Shown here one piece after another: positions 59,561 through 64,000 of a stretch of 64,000 bases of DNA. The translations under genes were made by a program, and so were the position numbers. Position 1 is the first letter of the stretch, and each line of letters opens with the position of its first letter. The DNA lies in assembly GCA_963422645.2 (NCBI GenBank), contig CAXXVO010000007.1, positions 704,001 through 768,000 on the forward strand. Direction: 5' to 3'. Below the pieces are notes generated by a model. That model was not told where the DNA came from. It searched no databases and saw only the letters and a program-made list of their open reading frames with translations. This DNA is from Alphaproteobacteria bacterium. Lineage in GTDB: Bacteria > Pseudomonadota > Alphaproteobacteria > UBA828.

Positions 59561-59875
59561 CAGACTTCCTGACCTCTGCTGATTTTAGGTGACACGAGCC
59601 GCGCGGATTCCGAGGCCCCGTCGATGTCGTAGACTATGCGCAGACGGGTGCCGGGGAAGACCGTTTCGGTGGCGTTCAGGTCGCTCAGAACCGCATCGAT
59701 CCAACGGTCGCAGGCGTCGTTTGCGAGGCCAAGAATGTGGACCCGCAGGAGGCCATTGTTGTTAAGCGTGGAAAAGTGACCCCCTATTGGGGGTGATCGG
59801 CGTCCAAAATTGACCCCCTTGGATTTGTGTCCATGAACACACCTCGTCGTTTGGACGGACGGGGTGGTGGGGGAG

Positions 59876-61390
59876 ATGCTGGTTGTGGAAACGATCGCGA
59901 AGATCCGTCGGGATCATCTGGTGAAGGGCGTTCCGATCAAGAAGCTCGCCCGGGATTTGAGGGTTTCCAAGAACACGATACGCAAGGTGGTGCGGGGCGA
60001 TGCGACCTCGCACAGCTACGAGCGCAAGATCCAGCCGATGCCGAAGCTTGGGCTGTGGGTGGAGGAGCTTGAGCGCCAGCTGAAGGCCAACGAGAAGAAG
60101 GCACGCAAGGATCGGCTGTCTCTTCTGCGGATTCATGAAGACCTTGTGTCGCTGGGCTACAAGGGCGGCTATGACGCGGTTCGCCGCTATGCCAGGGCCT
60201 GGCGGCGCCGGTGGCGGCTGTTGTCGCCGGCGCAGGCCTATGTGCCGCTGATCTTCGATCCCGGCGAGGCCTACCAGTTCGACTGGAGCCACGAGTACGC
60301 GCGTCTGTCGGGCGCGACGACCAGGGTGAAGGCGGCGCACATGCGGCTGTGCCACAGCCGGATGTATCTGGTCCAGATCTTTCCCCGCGAGAGCCAGGAG
60401 ATGGTCTTCGAGGCGCACGAGCGTGCCTTCCGCTTCTTCGGCGGGGTCTGCCGGCGGGGCATCTACGACAACATGAAGACGGCGGTGAGCACGATCTTCG
60501 TGGGCAAGAAGCGGGACTACAACCGCCGCTTCCAGGAGCTGTGCTCGCACCATCTGGTGGAGCCTGTGGCGTGCACGCCAGGGGCTGGCTGGGAGAAGGG
60601 GCAGGTCGAGAAGCAGGTGGGTGACCTTCGCGGCCGCCTGTTCGTGCCCATCCCGCGGGGCCGCTCCTACGCCGAGATCAACGAGTGGCTGATGGATCGG
60701 TGCATCGAGGACGCCAAGAAGCATCCGCATCCGACAATCCCGGGCAAGACGGTGTGGCAGGTGTTCGAGGAGGAGCAGCCCTTCCTGATGGCGTATCGCG
60801 GCCCCTTCGACGGCTTCCATGCCAGCGAGGTGTCGGTCTCGAAGACCTGTCTGGTGCGCTTCGACAACAACCAGTACAGCGTCGCGGCCCGCGCCGTCGG
60901 CCGGCCGGTGGACGTGCGGGCCTATGCCGATCGGATCGTCATCCGCCAGGACGGCGAGACCGTTGCCGAGCACCCCCGCAGCTTCGGGCGCGGCCGGTTC
61001 GTCTACGATCCGTGGCATTACGTGCCGATCCTGACGCGGAAGCCCGGCGCGCTACGCAATGGCGCGCCCTTCAAGGACTGGCAGTTGCCCAACGCGCTCG
61101 GCCGCCTGCGAACCCGGCTCGCGGGCCACGACGACGGCGACCGGCAGTTCGTCAAGGTGCTCGCGGCGGTGCTGGAGGACGGACTGGAGGCGGTTGAGGC
61201 GGCCTGTGCCGAGACGCTCGACTGCGGTGCCTGCAGCGCCGACGTGGTGCTCAACATCCTCGCCCGGCAGCGCCAGCCGGCACCGCCGGCAATCATCCCG
61301 ACGCCCGAGGGCCTGCAGCTTCGCCACAAGCCGGTAGCCGACTGTCAGCGCTACGACAGCCTGAGGGAGGCCGGTCATGGAGCGTCATGA
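59876..61390 (+). CDS. istA: IS21 transposase
   Basis: [31 protein letters not shown]. Confidence 0.95.
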   Translation: MLVVETIAKIRRDHLVKGVPIKKLARDLRVSKNTIRKVVRGDATSHSYERKIQPMPKLGLWVEELERQLKANEKKARKDRLSLLRIHEDLVSLGYKGGYDAVRRYARAWRRRWRLLSPAQAYVPLIFDPGEAYQFDWSHEYARLSGATTRVKAAHMRLCHSRMYLVQIFPRESQEMVFEAHERAFRFFGGVCRRGIYDNMKTAVSTIFVGKKRDYNRRFQELCSHHLVEPVACTPGAGWEKGQVEKQVGDLRGRLFVPIPRGRSYAEINEWLMDRCIEDAKKHPHPTIPGKTVWQVFEEEQPFLMAYRGPFDGFHASEVSVSKTCLVRFDNNQYSVAARAVGRPVDVRAYADRIVIRQDGETVAEHPRSFGRGRFVYDPWHYVPILTRKPGALRNGAPFKDWQLPNALGRLRTRLAGHDDGDRQFVKVLAAVLEDGLEAVEAACAETLDCGACSADVVLNILARQRQPAPPAIIPTPEGLQLRHKPVADCQRYDSLREAGHGAS

Positions 61391-62105
61391 TGTGCTGGAG
61401 ATGATGACCCAGCTGAAGCTCGCAGGTATGCGCGCCGCTTACGACGACATCCTTGCCGACGGGCTCAAGCGCCGCCATCCGGTGCAACAGATCATCGGTA
61501 CGCTGCTGCAGGTCGAGATCGCCGACAAGAGGGCCCGCTCGATCAAGTACCAGATGGCCTCCGCCAAGCTGCCGACGGTCAAGGAGCTGGCCGACTTCGA
61601 CTTCGCCGCCTCGCCGGTCAACGAGCCCCTGATCCAGGAGCTCGCCGGCGGCGGCTTCCTCGAGGGCAAACGCAACATCGTGCTGGTCGGCGGCACCGGT
61701 ACCGGCAAGACCCATCTCGCCGTCGCCATCGCGCGGTCCTGCATCCGCAAGGGCGCGCGCGGCCGGTGCTACAACGTCGTCGACCTGGTCAACCTCCTCG
61801 AGGCCGAGCTTCGCGCCGGACGCCAGGGCCGCACTGCAGACCAGCTCGTCCGCCGCGACTTCGTCATCCTCGACGAGCTCGGCTACCTGCCCTTCGCCCA
61901 GGCCGGTGGGCAGCTGCTCTTCCATCTGATGAGCCGGCTCTACGAGCGCACCTCGATCGTCATCACCACAAACCTCGCCTTCGGCGAATGGCCATCCGTC
62001 TTCGGCGACCCCAAGATGACCACAGCGCTGCTCGATCGCCTCACCCATCATTGCGAGATCATCGAGACCGGCAACGAGAGCTGGCGCTTCAAGAACCGCT
62101 CCTGA
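61377..62105 (+). CDS. istB: IS21 helper ATPase
   Basis: GGTGTGKT Walker A, ILDELGY Walker B, LDRLTHH. Confidence 0.96.
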   Translation: MERHDVLEMMTQLKLAGMRAAYDDILADGLKRRHPVQQIIGTLLQVEIADKRARSIKYQMASAKLPTVKELADFDFAASPVNEPLIQELAGGGFLEGKRNIVLVGGTGTGKTHLAVAIARSCIRKGARGRCYNVVDLVNLLEAELRAGRQGRTADQLVRRDFVILDELGYLPFAQAGGQLLFHLMSRLYERTSIVITTNLAFGEWPSVFGDPKMTTALLDRLTHHCEIIETGNESWRFKNRS

Positions 62106-62843
62106 CCCGCCGCCGGCCTCCCTTGCGGCCCGGTTGCCCCGGTGGGCCAACAGGGACCCCCCACGCGGCTTCGCTCCGCGTAGCGCAGGGCGCCACACGA
62201 AGCCGCGCGGGTCCCCCCTATTGGCTACCGGGACAACCTCCGCCGTGCCACTCAGGGGGGTCAATTTTGCACGCCGATCGGGGGTCAGTATTGAAAGCCG
62301 ATTGACACCCCGCTTCGCCCTCGGCCAGGTAGCGCCGTCGTGCGCGCTGCACCGTCGCGCGCGAGACAGCGAAAGCGTCAGCCAGTTCCTGCGGCGAGAC
62401 CGCGCTGATCGCCGCGAGGCGGCCGATCCGCAAGAGCATGGCCGTGCGGTCATCGGCGGCGTGGCTGTCAAAGGGAATGAGGTTGGAAAAGTAGGTGAAG
62501 GTGTCGTCCGAGATCAGGACGGCGAAGCAGCTGTTGCCGATCGAGACCGCCTCTGGAGGGCACATTGGGAGGGTACTGGGCATGGTTGAGACCGTGCAAT
62601 TGGTATCAAATTATACTATCAGACCTCGGGCGCGACACCCAGCGAAAAACCGCCTGAAACAACCGAAATGTATCAGAATTCAAGGAGTTCCCGGCACGCT
62701 GCCCAGAACAGCCAGCATCACGAGGTCAGGAAGTCTGAGGCTACGCCAGATCGCTTGACATTGGAGACTGCGATCCTGTATGGAATGTTCCCGTTTTGGG
62801 ATCAATGTACTTGACACGTAATCGGAAACGGTGCATATAGCTT

Positions 62844-63137
62844 ATGCGGGTCATCGCCAAGAAGACGCTCCGGGAGTTCTGGCAGCGTCACCCAGATGCC
62901 GAAGAGCCGCTTCTCGCTTGGTACCGGGAAGTGAAACAAGCGGATTGGGATACGCCGGCCGCCCTGAAGGAGATGTATGGCAACGCGAGCATCGTTGGCG
63001 ACAACCGGGTGATCTTCAACATAAAGGGCAACGACTATCGCCTCGTGGTGAAGATCAACTACCGGCATCGCGTCGTCTACATCCGCTTTGTGGGTACGCA
63101 TGCCGAGTACGACGCCGTAGACGTGGAGGAGGTGTGA
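62844..63137 (+). CDS. higB: HigB-family toxin
   Basis: MRVIAKKTLREFW...RVIFNIKGNDYRL...GTHAEYD. Confidence 0.93.
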   Translation: MRVIAKKTLREFWQRHPDAEEPLLAWYREVKQADWDTPAALKEMYGNASIVGDNRVIFNIKGNDYRLVVKINYRHRVVYIRFVGTHAEYDAVDVEEV

Positions 63138-63138
63138 G

Positions 63139-64000
63139 ATGGCCAATATCAAGCCAATCCGGTCCGGACGGGACTACGAGGCGGCTTTGGACCGGATCTC
63201 CGAACTCATGGATATAGAGATCGGCAGCCCGGAGGGCGAAGAGCTCGATGTCCTGGTCGATCTCGTTGAACTGTACGAAAGCAAACAAGTGCCGATGGGC
63301 TATCCGAGTCCGGTCGCCGCGATCGAGTTTCGTATGGAACAGGCAGGTCTGCGCCCCGCAGACCTTGCCTCGTTCATCGGAAGCCGCGCTAAGGTCTCGG
63401 AAGTTCTCTCCGGCAAGCGCGCAATCACCATGCCGATGGCGCGCGCGCTGCATGAGCATCTCGGGATTCCGGCGGACGTGCTACTGCAGGAGCCGGGTGT
63501 CGACCTGGACGATCCATGGGTCGACATGGAGTGGAGCCGGTTTCCGGTCAAGTCGATGGCAAAGTTGGGCTGGATTCCGGACAGACCCGATCTAGTGGGA
63601 CGCGCCGAGTACGTCATGCGGGACCTGATCAATCGGGCAGGGGGACTGGATGTCGCGGGCGCCGCGCTCTACCGAAAGAACGATCACGTGCGCGCGAATG
63701 CCAAAATGAACCCCTATGCGCTCGGGGCGTGGTGCTGGCAGATTCTTGCAAGAGCCACCGAGAACCGTCCCAAGGCGGACTATGAACGTGGCACCGTAAC
63801 TTTGGACTTCCTTAGGAAGGTCGCGCGGCTGAGCTGGTCGGAAGACGGTCCGCGGCTGGCGAAGGAGTTGCTGGCCAAGCACGGCATTCCGCTGGTGATC
63901 GAAAAGCATCTGCCGAAGACGTATCTGGATGGGGTGGCACTCCGGCTCGGTGATGGCAGACCGGTAATCGGACTCACTCTTCGCTACGACAGAATCGACA
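63139..64000 (+). CDS. higA: Long HigA antitoxin (HTH with probable ImmA/IrrE peptidase domain), runs off window
   Basis: Manual translation MANIKPIRSGRDYEAALDRI...SEVLSGKRAIT...HLPKTYLDG...IGLTLRYDRID; HEXXH would lie just beyond the window. Confidence 0.85.
   Translation, partial: MANIKPIRSGRDYEAALDRISELMDIEIGSPEGEELDVLVDLVELYESKQVPMGYPSPVAAIEFRMEQAGLRPADLASFIGSRAKVSEVLSGKRAITMPMARALHEHLGIPADVLLQEPGVDLDDPWVDMEWSRFPVKSMAKLGWIPDRPDLVGRAEYVMRDLINRAGGLDVAGAALYRKNDHVRANAKMNPYALGAWCWQILARATENRPKADYERGTVTLDFLRKVARLSWSEDGPRLAKELLAKHGIPLVIEKHLPKTYLDGVALRLGDGRPVIGLTLRYDRID

Larger units (their letters stand above)
59760..62307 (+). mobile_element. IS21-family element
   Basis: TGT...ACA ends with repeated TGACCCC motifs; istA-istB pair; no TSD. 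Confidence 0.92.
59561..62737 (-). mobile_element. Deleted or hybrid relative of the 32210-37395 element
   Basis: Same IR core CAGACTTCCTGACCTC at both ends; transposase N-terminus (62583-62308, MPSTLPMCPPEAVSIGNSCFAV) and C-terminus (59759-59561, ...SRGQEV*) remain; flanks do not match. Confidence 0.85.

Noticed and set aside
59777-59819. Repeated TGACCCC motifs (mirrored at 62256-62290) as a novel repeat
   Set aside because: Standard multiple IstA-binding repeats of IS21 ends.

Overview
High-GC bacterial chromosome segment, probably alphaproteobacterial (inferred from lgt-midA-pgeF and sdhE-mfd synteny). 1-23.4 kb holds housekeeping and metabolic genes: pgeF, lgt, hpnD/hpnC, dxr, mfd, a GNAT-DUF1778 toxin-antitoxin pair, and a catabolic run that includes a frameshifted, atypical serine hydroxymethyltransferase. 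23.4-44.4 kb is a 21-kb nest of mobile elements whose ends and target duplications can mostly be read directly. It contains (1) a large-serine-recombinase element with 23-bp terminal inverted repeats, carrying a perfect tandem dimer of an IS110 with a bridge-RNA-like non-coding end; (2) a group II intron broken into three pieces; (3) an IS66 carrying a DNA adenine methyltransferase; (4) an unclassified ~800-aa transposase element hosting IS1595 and IS1380; (5) an IS66-DUF4338 unit interrupted by a second serine-recombinase element and by IS1634. 44.4-64 kb returns to metabolic and toxin-antitoxin genes. It also hides two structures the ORF track does not explain: a 267-bp foldback element in the start of an HpaB-family gene, and a 1.1-kb TGT...ACA mini-element with Mu/Tn7-type end architecture and a 5-bp target duplication. 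An IS21 and a HigBA-IrrE pair lie near the right end. No CRISPR array, rRNA or tRNA was recognised. All family assignments come from motif recognition by eye; no database searches were run.
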